A stretch of DNA of 64,000 nt from Candidatus Krumholzibacteriia bacterium (lineage in GTDB: Bacteria; Krumholzibacteriota; Krumholzibacteriia; JAJRXK01), in NCBI GenBank assembly GCA_041484665.1, contig JBGPIA010000010.1, positions 1-64,000 of the forward strand, written 5' to 3'. Positions within the stretch are counted from its first letter, which is position 1; each line of letters begins with the position of its first letter. The notes beneath the pieces are model-generated. The model was not told where the DNA came from. It searched no databases and worked only from the letters and a program-made list of their open reading frames with translations. Shown piece by piece: positions 46,018 to 55,634 of the stretch. The position numbers were made by a program, and so were the translations under genes.

Positions 46018-48026
46018 TTCAAGATCACCAGTTTCCCGCGCTGGCGCTCCCCCGTGCGCAGGTCCTCGACCACAAACACGTACAAGCCGGGCGCGATGGC
46101 CCGCGTGTGCTCGCTGAGCATGTCCCAGGCGACCTGCCCGGTGCTGGTCTCGTGGCGCTCGAGCTGGTCGATGAGCGTGCCGCTCAGGTTGAACACTTCG
46201 ATGCGCGCATCAGCCGGCACGTTCGTGAAGTACACGGTGCGGCCCAGCTCGGCCGGCTCGCCGCCGGGCAGCCGGCGATCGAAGAGGCCCGCCGCCCGGT
46301 ACGGATTGGGATAGACGCCGACGGGCGGCGATTGCGGCGTTCCGCCCGGTGCCGAACCAGGGGTGATCTTCAGCGAGTTCTCATTGAACCCGCTCTCCAG
46401 CTCGGGCAGCCCCAGCTGCGGATTGCGCGAGGCGTAGCTGGTCACGGCGTAGTAGTAGGGAAAGCCGTTGAGCACGTCGGTGTCCACGTACTCGCGCTCG
46501 CCGCCGGCGTTGAGCGGCGGCATGCCGACGTTGAATCCCACGCTGTCCACCACGTCGAACTGGGCGAGCAGGGAGGCCTGTTCGCGCGGATCGCCCGAGA
46601 TCGAGGCGGCCTGCAGCCGGTAGATGCGGTAGCCCTGGAAGTCATGGTCGAGCGTGAACTGATTGCGGTGGTACTCCGGCGACGCGAGCACCGGGTCGTA
46701 GCTCTCGGGCGGCGTGTCCACGCCCGGCTTCCAGCGCAGGATTACGGCGTTGTCCGCCGTGGAGACGCCCAGGAGCGGGCTGGGCGGTCCCGACGCCAGC
46801 TTGAAGCCCTGGTTGAAGGTCGTTTGCGCCACCTGGCTGTTCTGGAGCATCAGCAGACTGTCCAGCCCGCAGACGACGGCCACCGTGAAACTCGCCGTGT
46901 CGCCCGGGTCGAAGCGGTGCCAGGGGCCGAAGCCCATCATCTGGATCCAGTTGCGCGGCACGGTGAAGTCGATGATCTGCCCTTGCGGCCCTTCCTTCTG
47001 CCCCACGTCGATGGCGCCCGACGCCATGAACGCGTACTTGTCCGGGTCGAACTGCGGATACTGAGTACGGTAGGGCCACTGCCGGTAGCTGAAGATACTG
47101 TAGGGCTCGTTGGTGCCCAACAGGCGCACGCCGACCCACGAGGGTGCCAACCCGCGCTCCCCGTCGTCGTCGCGGGCGTACATCAGGTGGATGTCCGGAT
47201 CCCCGGAGATCGTGGCAGGGCCGATGAAGCTCTTGTAGTCGTCTTGGAACGTCCAGGGGCTGGAGTCGCTGCCCGGGATCGTGATCGTCGTGTTGCCCAC
47301 GGTCAGCTCGGAGTACCAGGCCATGAACAGGTCGGTGATCTCACGACCGCTGATGTTCACCACGTCGAACTTCAGGATCACGAAATCGTCGGCGTAGCCG
47401 GGGGCATAGGCCAGGGCGTTGACGTTGACCTCCACTCCCAAGGGGACGTGGGGATTCAGCGGATCGTCCCCCGGGGTGGGCGCATCGTAGTCGTCGAAGC
47501 GGATGATGAACTGCTGGTCGGCCAGCGCGTCGAGAGCGAACTGTGGGCTGAGGGGATTGCTGCTGATCAGCTGCATCGTGTCCTGCGGCCGCGGCCCGAA
47601 CTCCTGGTGGGGCGCGTTCGAGCCCGAGGGGGTATCCTCGGCTCCGGCCGACACGAGGGTGCGCCCCTCGCTGTCGATGCCGCCGACCCACAGCCCGCCC
47701 ACGAACATGTGCTCGACGTGGCTGTGCAGGGGATACTCGCACGACGGCCACGTCGAAGAAGGATTCAACAGGTTGCCGAAGTAGCCCAGGTTGGTGAGCG
47801 CCAGCCCGATGTTCCCGACGGAGGTGTAGCGGCTGGTGACCACGGTCTGCGGCCGCGCGGCGGGTGGGGGCTGTGCGCGCCGCGGTTTTCCCGGGTCGGG
47901 GGGGCCGCCGATCGCCGGCGAGCTCGTGACCAGCGCGGCGCAGAGCCATCCCGCCCAGGCAGGGCCGCGGATCGAGGCGCGCAGGATGAGTCGGCAAGCA
48001 GGAAGCAGCTGCACGGGAGTTTCCAC
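46014..48026 (-). CDS. Secreted hypothetical protein with T9SS-like CTD
   Basis: Signal peptide; N.GYFGN, SCEYP, GGLWVG, FQGYRIYR, YYYAVTSY, VYPNPY...WD...APGLY; start uncertain. Confidence 0.85.
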   Translation of the reverse strand: METPVQLLPACRLILRASIRGPAWAGWLCAALVTSSPAIGGPPDPGKPRRAQPPPAARPQTVVTSRYTSVGNIGLALTNLGYFGNLLNPSSTWPSCEYPLHSHVEHMFVGGLWVGGIDSEGRTLVSAGAEDTPSGSNAPHQEFGPRPQDTMQLISSNPLSPQFALDALADQQFIIRFDDYDAPTPGDDPLNPHVPLGVEVNVNALAYAPGYADDFVILKFDVVNISGREITDLFMAWYSELTVGNTTITIPGSDSSPWTFQDDYKSFIGPATISGDPDIHLMYARDDDGERGLAPSWVGVRLLGTNEPYSIFSYRQWPYRTQYPQFDPDKYAFMASGAIDVGQKEGPQGQIIDFTVPRNWIQMMGFGPWHRFDPGDTASFTVAVVCGLDSLLMLQNSQVAQTTFNQGFKLASGPPSPLLGVSTADNAVILRWKPGVDTPPESYDPVLASPEYHRNQFTLDHDFQGYRIYRLQAASISGDPREQASLLAQFDVVDSVGFNVGMPPLNAGGEREYVDTDVLNGFPYYYAVTSYASRNPQLGLPELESGFNENSLKITPGSAPGGTPQSPPVGVYPNPYRAAGLFDRRLPGGEPAELGRTVYFTNVPADARIEVFNLSGTLIDQLERHETSTGQVAWDMLSEHTRAIAPGLYVFVVEDLRTGERQRGKLVILK

Positions 48027-48243
48027 GATCAGGAAGGAGCGCACTGCTCCAAGTGAGGGTGGCGCAAGAGTACTCAGTACGCAAGAGCGGGTCAACTGCA
48101 CGGGGCCGTCGCGCCGGGTTCTGGCCAAGGCAGCATCCGCCGAGGCAACCTGCGGTTGCGACGCCACCGGAAGCCGGCGAGTATGACAGCGCGAGCGGCC
48201 CGCCGGGCCGTTTCCCAACGGACGTCCTACCCCGGTCACCGCC

Positions 48244-49641
48244 TTGAGCGAGGCGACCTTGCGAGTCTCCATCCCACATCCCACCGCCAGGGCGGCCGCG
48301 GGGCATCGGGCCCTGACCCGCTCGATCGCCTGGCTCGTCGCGGTCGCCGCGAGCTCGTGGATGGCGCCGCTGGCAGCCTGCAGGGACCACTCCGCTGCTT
48401 CGGCGCGGCCGGCCTCGGTCCAGCCCGGTTCCAGGCAGCCCGCGTCCACCCGGCCGGGCTCGACTCAGCCCGCTTCCACTCAGCCGGGCTCCACTCAGCC
48501 CGCCCCCGCGCCGTCGGTTGCTACGGAGACCGCCACTCGCGCAAGCGTGCTGCTCGACCTGATCGCGGGGCGCGCCTTCGTCGCCACGCAGGCGGGCCTG
48601 GACAGCGTGGCGCTGACAGCGCCGGACCTGCCGCGACGCCTGGCGGAATTCCGCGCCGCCTTGGCGGCGGACCAACAGACGCCCTGGTCGCCTTCGACCG
48701 CGCAGCAGGCGCGCGCGCTCGGGCGCGACCTGCTCGGGCCGCTCGCGCCTGCGTTGCAGGCGGCCACGGCGTGGGAGATCGCGCCGCTTCAGGCGGCGCC
48801 GCTGGGCGCGCTGATCCCTCCGTGGTCTGCGGCCGATGAGCCGGTACAGGCCGCGGTGACGGTGTGGTACCGACCCGCCAGCACGCGGCCCGCGGGCGCG
48901 CCAGGCGCTGCGGAGCGCAGCGCGTGCGTGCCATCGCCAGAGCAGCAGGCCAGCATGCCGCGCAACGAGGGCGTCCTGGCCATTGCGCCGTTCACGCCCG
49001 GCGCGCAGCCAGGCCGCGACGACCCCGACACACTCGTGTGGGCCATGCGCAAGGCGGCGCGCACCGTCGATCTCGTGCCGCGCAACGACAGCGGGCCCGA
49101 TGCGATCCAGGGCGCATTCGCCGAGCGCAAGTACGGGGTGACCTGGCTGCGGGCGGACCCGCAGGAGGCGCACGCGCTGCTGCCGGCGCTCGATCGCGGT
49201 CCACTCTTGCTGTGGTGGAGCCTGCCGGTCGCCTTGACCGCCGCCAAAGCCAGTGCCTCGGGTGGCGCGGGTGCGGGCACGCCGGAAGGCGCCCCGTTCG
49301 GCGGCGGCGTGCCGGTCACGCTGGCTCCCCCCAGTGCGCCCGCAGGGTGGGAGTTCGCCCGAGACTGGGCCGCTGGCGTCAAGGGACTGGCGATGGATCT
49401 CTGGCCGCGGCCGCACCAGGCCAGCAGCGCCGGCGCGACCGCGTTCCTCGAGGCATTGCAGCAAGGCTCCGGTGCGGCCGACGCGCTGCGCGCCGGGTGT
49501 GAGGCGCTGCGCCGCGCGGGCGCGCCCGCGGCGCAATGGGCCGGGTGGATCTACGTGGGGAACCCCGACCTCACCGCGCAGATCGACCGCCCCGGCTGGC
49601 TGCAACGAGCGATCCAGAGCAAGCCCGGCGCGCAGCGGTAA
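48244..49641 (+). CDS. Lipoprotein with a degenerate CHAT (caspase-like) domain
   Basis: LAAC lipobox; LLGPLAPAL, DLWP, F..AL..G...ADALR and WAGWIYVGNP pattern; catalytic His/Cys not seen. Confidence 0.65.
   Translation: MSEATLRVSIPHPTARAAAGHRALTRSIAWLVAVAASSWMAPLAACRDHSAASARPASVQPGSRQPASTRPGSTQPASTQPGSTQPAPAPSVATETATRASVLLDLIAGRAFVATQAGLDSVALTAPDLPRRLAEFRAALAADQQTPWSPSTAQQARALGRDLLGPLAPALQAATAWEIAPLQAAPLGALIPPWSAADEPVQAAVTVWYRPASTRPAGAPGAAERSACVPSPEQQASMPRNEGVLAIAPFTPGAQPGRDDPDTLVWAMRKAARTVDLVPRNDSGPDAIQGAFAERKYGVTWLRADPQEAHALLPALDRGPLLLWWSLPVALTAAKASASGGAGAGTPEGAPFGGGVPVTLAPPSAPAGWEFARDWAAGVKGLAMDLWPRPHQASSAGATAFLEALQQGSGAADALRAGCEALRRAGAPAAQWAGWIYVGNPDLTAQIDRPGWLQRAIQSKPGAQR
48421..48500. 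repeat. ~5 x 15-bp repeat encoding (QPGST/QPAST)n linker
   Basis: CAGCCCGCTTCCACT-like units. Confidence 0.8.
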
Positions 49642-49690
49642 CGCGCTGCCGCCGTAGCGCGCGGCCTCAGCCCTTCCATCGCCCGGCCCG

Positions 49691-50113
49691 CTACGCTGGC
49701 CGCCGCTTCAACAGGTCGCGGATCTCCGTCAATAGCACGACGTCCGCCGGCGGGACGGCCGGGGCGGCCGGTGCCGCCTCCTGCTTCTTCTTGAGCTGGT
49801 TCATGGTGCGCACCAGCATGAAGATCGCGAGCGCCACGATGATGAAATCCAGCAGGGTGTTGAGAAATACGCCGTAGTTGATGGTCGGCGCCCCGGCTGC
49901 CTTGGCCGCCGTCAGGCTCGGGTAGCTCGTTCCCGACAAGTTCAGGAATAGGTTCGAGAAATCGACGTTGCCCAGCACCAGGCCCAGCGGCGGCATGATG
50001 ACGTCGCCGACCAGCGAAGTGATGATCTTGCCGAACGCGGCGCCGATGATGATGCCCACGGCCATGTCGACCACGTTCCCGCGCATGGCGAATTCGCGGA
50101 ATTCCTTCAGCAT
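49691..50113 (-). CDS. mscL: Large-conductance mechanosensitive channel
   Basis: [27 protein letters not shown]...[10 protein letters not shown]. Confidence 0.97.
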   Translation of the reverse strand: MLKEFREFAMRGNVVDMAVGIIIGAAFGKIITSLVGDVIMPPLGLVLGNVDFSNLFLNLSGTSYPSLTAAKAAGAPTINYGVFLNTLLDFIIVALAIFMLVRTMNQLKKKQEAAPAAPAVPPADVVLLTEIRDLLKRRPA

Positions 50114-50194
50114 GGGGGTCCCTCCCGTTCTATAGGGGTTGCGCCGGCTGCCCACGCAGCCCGCGCCGCTCGGCGCGCGGCTGCGAACCGTCGG

Positions 50195-51247
50195 TCACAG
50201 CAGCTTGTAGGTCAGGCTGAGGGCCAGCGTCTGCTTGAACTGACCGGCCTTGCGTACGCCGCCGTCCACTTCGGCGATCAACTGTGCTGCGGGCTGCGCG
50301 GTGTCGATCATGGTAGCGGCGTCGAACTTGTCGTAGATCCACTGCACGTAGAGATTGACGGAGAGGACCTTGGTGATCTGCGCCGTGAACGTGTTCTGGA
50401 AGTTCACGTCCGGGGTCTTCCAGAAATCCGCGACCCGCTCCCGCGCCGGATCGACGCCCAGGGCGATCTGGTCGAAATCCTTCAGCGCGCTCGACTTGCT
50501 GAAGAACACCGGCCAGAACACCAACAGTTTTCCCTGGTAGAGCACGCGCTTGCCCAGCATCGGTTGCGTGGAGGTCATCTGGTACTCGAAGCCACCGTCG
50601 TTGGTACTGAAGCTGCCGGTCTTGTCGCCGGTAGAATCCACGAATGTGCGCGCGAAGGTCTGGCGGAATCCGAAGCCAAGCCGGGTGATCAGCTCGCTGT
50701 CCTGCGTCTTGAGCAGCACGCGCGCCACGCCCGCGGTCTCGGTGAGCTTGACTGGATTGAAATGGAGCTTGCCACGTGCGTCGCTCTGGTCGACGAACTG
50801 CGAATCCAGCCGCAGCGACACGTACGGATCGACGAAGGTGCGCAGCGTGAAACGCTCGACGTTCTCGAACAGGATGAGGTCGGTCGTCTTGTCGGGGCTG
50901 CGCCAGCGACGGCGGCTCGGGTCGGCGGGGTCCGTCTCCTGCTGGCTGGTCTGCCCGTAGGCCAGCTGCAGCTGGTTGGAGGTGTTGAGCGCGCGGGAGA
51001 TCTGCCGGTCGGCCTTGGCGTTGGTCGTGAACACCCAGACGAACGAGCCCTTGTCACCGCCGGCCCAGTTGCTGCTGAAGCTGCTCTGCGACAGGTTGAG
51101 CCCCAGCGTGACCGTTGGCTGCCAGGGTCCCGGGGGCTGCGGGCCCTTGCTCTCCGCCGGTACCTGGTCTTGCGCCCATGCCATGCACGGCATCGCCGCG
51201 CACGCCAAGACAGCCAGGCCGAACTGCCCGATCCCTGCTCTGGACAT
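50195..51247 (-). CDS. DUF3078-like outer-membrane beta-barrel protein
   Basis: Signal peptide; LSQSSFSSNWAGG; QFKQTLALSLTY; GGAGG RBS. Confidence 0.78.
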   Translation of the reverse strand: MSRAGIGQFGLAVLACAAMPCMAWAQDQVPAESKGPQPPGPWQPTVTLGLNLSQSSFSSNWAGGDKGSFVWVFTTNAKADRQISRALNTSNQLQLAYGQTSQQETDPADPSRRRWRSPDKTTDLILFENVERFTLRTFVDPYVSLRLDSQFVDQSDARGKLHFNPVKLTETAGVARVLLKTQDSELITRLGFGFRQTFARTFVDSTGDKTGSFSTNDGGFEYQMTSTQPMLGKRVLYQGKLLVFWPVFFSKSSALKDFDQIALGVDPARERVADFWKTPDVNFQNTFTAQITKVLSVNLYVQWIYDKFDAATMIDTAQPAAQLIAEVDGGVRKAGQFKQTLALSLTYKLL

Positions 51248-51360
51248 CGTGCCTCCTGCCGTTGGAGACGGGCGTGGGAGGCACAGGGTAGCGCCCGGCC
51301 CCGGGGCGGCCAAGCGCTGAGTTCAGCAGGATCGGACTGCGCTCGCCCGACGGCGGAGGG

Positions 51361-52419
51361 TCACATGCGCGAGCCCAGGAAGCCGGACAGCACCACCAGC
51401 TCGTCCTCCCCCGCGTCGGCGCCGGAGCCGCCCTTGCCCTGCGCGGAGTGCTCGGGCTGCACTTCGCGCACGAGATCCGCGGATGTGATATTCGCCGGGT
51501 CGATCGGCTTGAAGGCGAAGCGGCCGTTGACCGGCTTGGACGACTCGGTGGCGGGCTTGGATGAGCCGCTCGCGGGCTTGGACGACCCGTTGGCCGGCAG
51601 CGCCGCCCCGCTCCGGGTACGGCCGGCGGCGGGTTGCGGCCGCGCGGGCTCGTCCACCACCGGCGTGAAGACCCTCGACGGCGTCTCGCGCGCGCCCGAC
51701 AGCAACGCGTCGAGCGTCCGCTGGCGCAGCTGCATCGCCGCATCGACGAAAGCCTGCAGGTCCCCGCGGTACGCCGGGCGCAGCGAGTGCACGATCGCCT
51801 TCTGGCGGTGCAGCTCCAGGTGGAGCTGGACACCCGGACTGGAGGGGGTCACCGCGGCGACGTGGGAGAGCAGCTGTGGCGCCAGCGCCGCGGCGCGAGC
51901 GTCCATGCGCGTGGGGTTGACCTCCCACGTCAGGCGCAGGCGGCGCGGAGGGCGCGGGCGGCCGCGCATCGCTGCAAAGACCGACCCGACGCGACGCAGC
52001 AGCGCGCCGAAGCCTCGCGCATCGTCGTCGTCGATGTCGCCGGCAGCCCGGCGCACGGGCTCGATCCGGCAGTCTTCCAGCCCCTGGATGCGCGTCTCGA
52101 AGAGCAGCGCGTGATGCCGGGTCCCGGCCACCCTGCGCATGCAGATGTAATACGTTCCGTGCGGGTCGCTGCCCAGCAGCAGGTCCTCCAGCTGCACGCG
52201 GTGCTCCTCGCCGCGGTACACGCGCGCGATCTCCCCGGCCCGCTCTGGCACGTGATCGGACAAGAGCGTGAAGCCGCGCTTGGCGGCGAACATGCGCAAC
52301 GCAATCGTTCGCGCAGCCGCCTGCTTCGCGCGGCGCGCGGCGATTACGTTGCGCACGATGATGAGGAACGCTCCGACAGCGACGCCGAACGCGATTCCCG
52401 TCAAGAGGGTCGCGGACAT
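51361..52419 (-). CDS. Hypothetical membrane-anchored protein
   Basis: GGAG RBS; N-terminal TM followed by FAAKRGF; SSKPxxx x3 repeat near the C-terminus. Confidence 0.7.
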   Translation of the reverse strand: MSATLLTGIAFGVAVGAFLIIVRNVIAARRAKQAAARTIALRMFAAKRGFTLLSDHVPERAGEIARVYRGEEHRVQLEDLLLGSDPHGTYYICMRRVAGTRHHALLFETRIQGLEDCRIEPVRRAAGDIDDDDARGFGALLRRVGSVFAAMRGRPRPPRRLRLTWEVNPTRMDARAAALAPQLLSHVAAVTPSSPGVQLHLELHRQKAIVHSLRPAYRGDLQAFVDAAMQLRQRTLDALLSGARETPSRVFTPVVDEPARPQPAAGRTRSGAALPANGSSKPASGSSKPATESSKPVNGRFAFKPIDPANITSADLVREVQPEHSAQGKGGSGADAGEDELVVLSGFLGSRM

Positions 52420-52762
52420 GGATGGTGCTCTCCAGAAACGACTCGGCTTCCGTCCCTGGCTGTCCACGGCACGTGCAAGAGGCGTGCGCGGTCGCCGCAG
52501 CCGCACGGCCCTCTGCGCGGTGGGCCGCAAACAGCCGGCGCGTGGCCCGCAATGCCTCGGGCGTCGCTGCGGCGCCATACCGCAACGCGGCCGGTCCGGG
52601 TGCCGGCAAGGACGAGCGCGCGGTGGAACCAACGGCGCCGTTCTTCCGCCGCGCGCAGCGGTGCGGGCGAACGCGGCACCGTCCGGGCGCGGCGCCAGCG
52701 CGTTTCGTTCGCAAAACGCCGTCAGGGACCGCCCGCGCCCGCGCGCAGGCGGCGTGCTGCAG

Positions 52763-53028
52763 GCCCCTTGGCCGGTGGAGCCCCGCCCGACGTCCTCGCC
52801 CCACGGCATCCTGCTGGTTGCAGCACAACGCTGACAGCCCCCGGCTCCACGCGCTCTCCGAGCGACTCTCCGCAGCCCGCCGGCCGATTCCTGGGTTCAT
52901 CGGCCGGCGGGCGAGGACTGTCGCGAGGGGAGCGCGTGGAGGCCGGGGGCCTGTGCAGGTCATGCTGCTTCAAAGCGGTGGCTGCGGGGCTGCGGAGTGT
53001 CTCGCGGGGGCTCCACCGGCCAAGGGGC
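52763..53028. other. ~266-nt imperfect rod-like inverted repeat (candidate structured RNA or palindromic element)
   Basis: Perfect stems 52763-52784/53007-53028 (22 bp), 52845-52856/52930-52941 (12 bp) and 52875-52888/52899-52912 (14 bp) on a shared axis. Confidence 0.8.
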
Positions 53029-53237
53029 GCGGTCACGAGCGCTGCTCGGATCGCTGGCCGCCCGGGCGCGCTGCCCTGCGCGGCGCTCGTGGCTGCGCTG
53101 CAAGCGCGGATTCGGCGGCGAAAAGCGCTGCGGCCGAGATGCCGCTTTACAGCGCGCGCGCGCCGGGGTATTCCATCCACGGGCCTGATCCGACCGCGGG
53201 CCGCTCGCCATTCCACCCTGCCGCCGTTGGAGCCGCC

Positions 53238-53465
53238 ATGGAGACCGTCCGCCACCAGATGGCTGCCAGTGTCGAGCCGTTTGCTGCCATCGATGCCGAC
53301 AGCTCGCCCGTGCCCTCCGGGATCCTCGCGGCCTCCTGCCGCCCGACGCACAGCGCGGACTTCAAGCGCACGTGCCCGAATTGCGGGACGGCGCTGTTCG
53401 ACCGGCAGTGCAAGAGCCGCTGCCCGCGCTGCCACTACTTCAGCGACTGCTCGGATCCCTGGTAG
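53238..53465 (+). CDS. Small CPxCG zinc-ribbon protein
   Basis: GGAG RBS; CPNCG...CKSRCPRCHYFSDCSD. Confidence 0.65.
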   Translation: METVRHQMAASVEPFAAIDADSSPVPSGILAASCRPTHSADFKRTCPNCGTALFDRQCKSRCPRCHYFSDCSDPW

Positions 53466-53507
53466 TCGCCCGGCTGGGCTGGGCCCGTCGCGGCGCGGCG
53501 CGGGCAC

Positions 53508-54230
53508 TCATGCATCCAGCTCGTACGCCGCCTTCAGCCACCGCTTCACCTCGTCGTCGATGTCCGCGAGCGCGGTGATCGGGATCCGGTGGGTGATGCG
53601 GTCCTTCTTCTGATAGCCACCGGTGTCGATCAAGCGCCCCTTCGCCTTCGTCGCCCCCAGGGCGAACCCCAGATCGATGCGCGTTCGGGTCGCGGGCTTG
53701 ATCTGGGCGAAGACGTGGTTGCGGTAGAGCGGCACGATCGTCTAGCACGGGCACACCCGGACGTCCTTGCCCTGCGCGCGACCCAGGCGCAGCAGCGCGC
53801 CGTAGAGCGGCCGCAGGCCCGCTTTCGATCCAGCGAACATCGCCTCGACGTGCTTCGCAGCGGCTGCCAGATAGGCCTGCGGATCACCGTCCTCCAGGCC
53901 TTTGCCCTCCGCCCGCGCGGCGAGCCACCCGGCGGCATTCGTGCCTAGCCCGTGCTCCCGCTTGAGCCAGTCGCGGCGCGCTGGCGCCGTGGACGGCCCG
54001 TGCTTGCGCACGAGCTCGAGCCACTGCGCAAGGCTGCGACCCGTCCGCTCCGGAAGGGTCGCGACCCAGTCCTGCACCATGGCCACGCTGGGATGGACAT
54101 CGTAGGAAGCGGGCTTCGCGGCAGAACTGGAGTTCGAGGCAGAGCGGGGGTTCACGGCCGCCCTGGAGGCGGCCTTGGTCGTGGGTGCAGCGGCTGCCTT
54201 GGACGCTCTCTTGGGCATGACTCGGGACAC
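53508..54230 (-). pseudogene. DUF4287/DUF5655-type protein interrupted by one in-frame TAG (53742-53744)
   Basis: Continuous frame TGRSLAQW..WLKREHGLG...VCPC*TIVPLYRNHVFAQIKP...DRITHRI. Confidence 0.8.
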
Positions 54231-54269
54231 GATAAGACCTCCTGGAGTTGCAGGGGAGGGCCGGCGACC

Positions 54270-54938
54270 TTAGCTGCCCAGGGGCCGCGCGCGGCGTCGG
54301 GCGCTGTGCCGAGCGCTTCGTGCGGGGGCGCGGACCGTGCCACGGCCTGTGACCTTTGCGGCGAGCTGGCGATAGCGGAAGCAGCCGATCTCGTGGTCGT
54401 TGACCATGCCCACCGCCTGCATGAACGCGTAGCAGATGGTCGGGCCCACGAAGCGGAACCCACGCTGCTTGAGCGCCTTGCTGATCGTGCGGGCGAGCGG
54501 GGTCTCGGGCGGAGCCTGCTTGTAGGATGCCCAGGCGTTGTGGAGGGGCCCTTCGCCGACCATCCCCCACAGATAGGCCGCCAGGCTGCCGTGCTCCCGC
54601 TGCACGGCGATCACCGCCTGCGCATTGGTGATGGCGGACTCGATCTTCAGCCGGTTGCGCACGATGCCGGGATCGCGCAGCAGACGCGCGACCGTGCGGC
54701 GGTCGAAGCGAGCGACCTTGCGTGGGTCGAAACCGGCGAAGGCCAAGCGGTAGCCCTGCCGCTTCTTGAGGATCGTGGACCAGCTCAGGCCGGCCTGGGC
54801 CCCTTCGAGCACCAGCATCTCGAACAGGTGGCGGTCGTCGCGCGAGGGCGCGCCCCACTCGGTGTCGTGGTAGGCGCGCATGAGGGGGTCCTCCCCGGCC
54901 CAGCCGCAGCGGAGCTTGCTCGCGCGCAAAGCAGCCAT
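54270..54938 (-). CDS. tag: DNA-3-methyladenine glycosylase I
   Basis: RCGW, YHDTEWG, LEGAQAGLSW, RNRLKI, FVGPT, GMVNDH..C. Confidence 0.96.
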   Translation of the reverse strand: MAALRASKLRCGWAGEDPLMRAYHDTEWGAPSRDDRHLFEMLVLEGAQAGLSWSTILKKRQGYRLAFAGFDPRKVARFDRRTVARLLRDPGIVRNRLKIESAITNAQAVIAVQREHGSLAAYLWGMVGEGPLHNAWASYKQAPPETPLARTISKALKQRGFRFVGPTICYAFMQAVGMVNDHEIGCFRYRQLAAKVTGRGTVRAPARSARHSARRRARPLGS

Positions 54939-54968
54939 GGCCTCAGCAGATCACCGGCCGTGGTGCTC

Positions 54969-55634
54969 TCATGGTGCCGCCTCGATCAGATGGAACACGC
55001 CCAGCACGTGACGGCTGTGCGCGACGATTCGCAAGCCCGCCCCCCGTACGAGCGCGAGCGGCTCGCGGTTCCAGATGCACCCCGCCACGCGCGCATGGAG
55101 CCCCGCAGTGCGATCCTGCAGCCTGGCCAACACCCCCACGCTGGTGCGTCCGTGCTCCAGCAACAGGATCCGCCCGTCTGGTGCGCAGACGCGCGCCATC
55201 TCGCGCAGGGCGCGCTGCGAATCGGGGATCGTGCAGAGGCTCAGCGTGGATGCGACGGTGTCGAAGGCACCGTCGGGCAGATCCAGGTGCTCGGCATCCA
55301 TCTCGGCCAGGGTCACCGCGCGTCCCAGGCGCTGCGCGTGGCTGCGGGCTCGCGCTAGCATGGCGCTGCTGAGGTCGACGCCCGTCAACTCGACGTCGGG
55401 CGGATAGCAGCCGAGGTTCTTGCCGGTCCCGACCGCGACCTCCAGCGTCTTGCCGCGCGCGCGCGACAACAGCCGCCGGCGCAGCCGGCCCAGGCGCAGC
55501 AGCGCCTCGCCGAACGCCTCCTGGCCGTCGTAGGACGCGGCGAGCTCCTCGTACCTCGCGCGGATCTCGTGCGTGGTGAAGGCCAGCACCGTCGCGGGAT
55601 CTCCCCCGGCGGCGTCCGCTGCGGGCCGGCTCAC
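54969..55634 (-). CDS. Class I SAM-dependent methyltransferase
   Basis: LEVAVGTG, GVDLS, MDAE, FDTV; start overlaps the fabH stop. Confidence 0.9.
   Translation of the reverse strand: MSRPAADAAGGDPATVLAFTTHEIRARYEELAASYDGQEAFGEALLRLGRLRRRLLSRARGKTLEVAVGTGKNLGCYPPDVELTGVDLSSAMLARARSHAQRLGRAVTLAEMDAEHLDLPDGAFDTVASTLSLCTIPDSQRALREMARVCAPDGRILLLEHGRTSVGVLARLQDRTAGLHARVAGCIWNREPLALVRGAGLRIVAHSRHVLGVFHLIEAAP

Noticed and set aside
52474..52492. Sigma54-like GCACG-N4-TTGCA on the minus strand upstream of 52419
   Set aside because: The invariant -24 GG is CG here.
52763..53028. Calling the rod hairpin 6S, SRP or RNase P RNA
   Set aside because: It is longer and more fully paired than 6S, has no SRP tetraloop motif at the apex and shows no RNase P signature. 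Left unassigned.
53742..53744. Amber recoding or pyrrolysine
   Set aside because: TAG is the genuine stop of many genes here (e.g. 5904, 8415, 39479), there is only one internal case, and no pyl genes are present.
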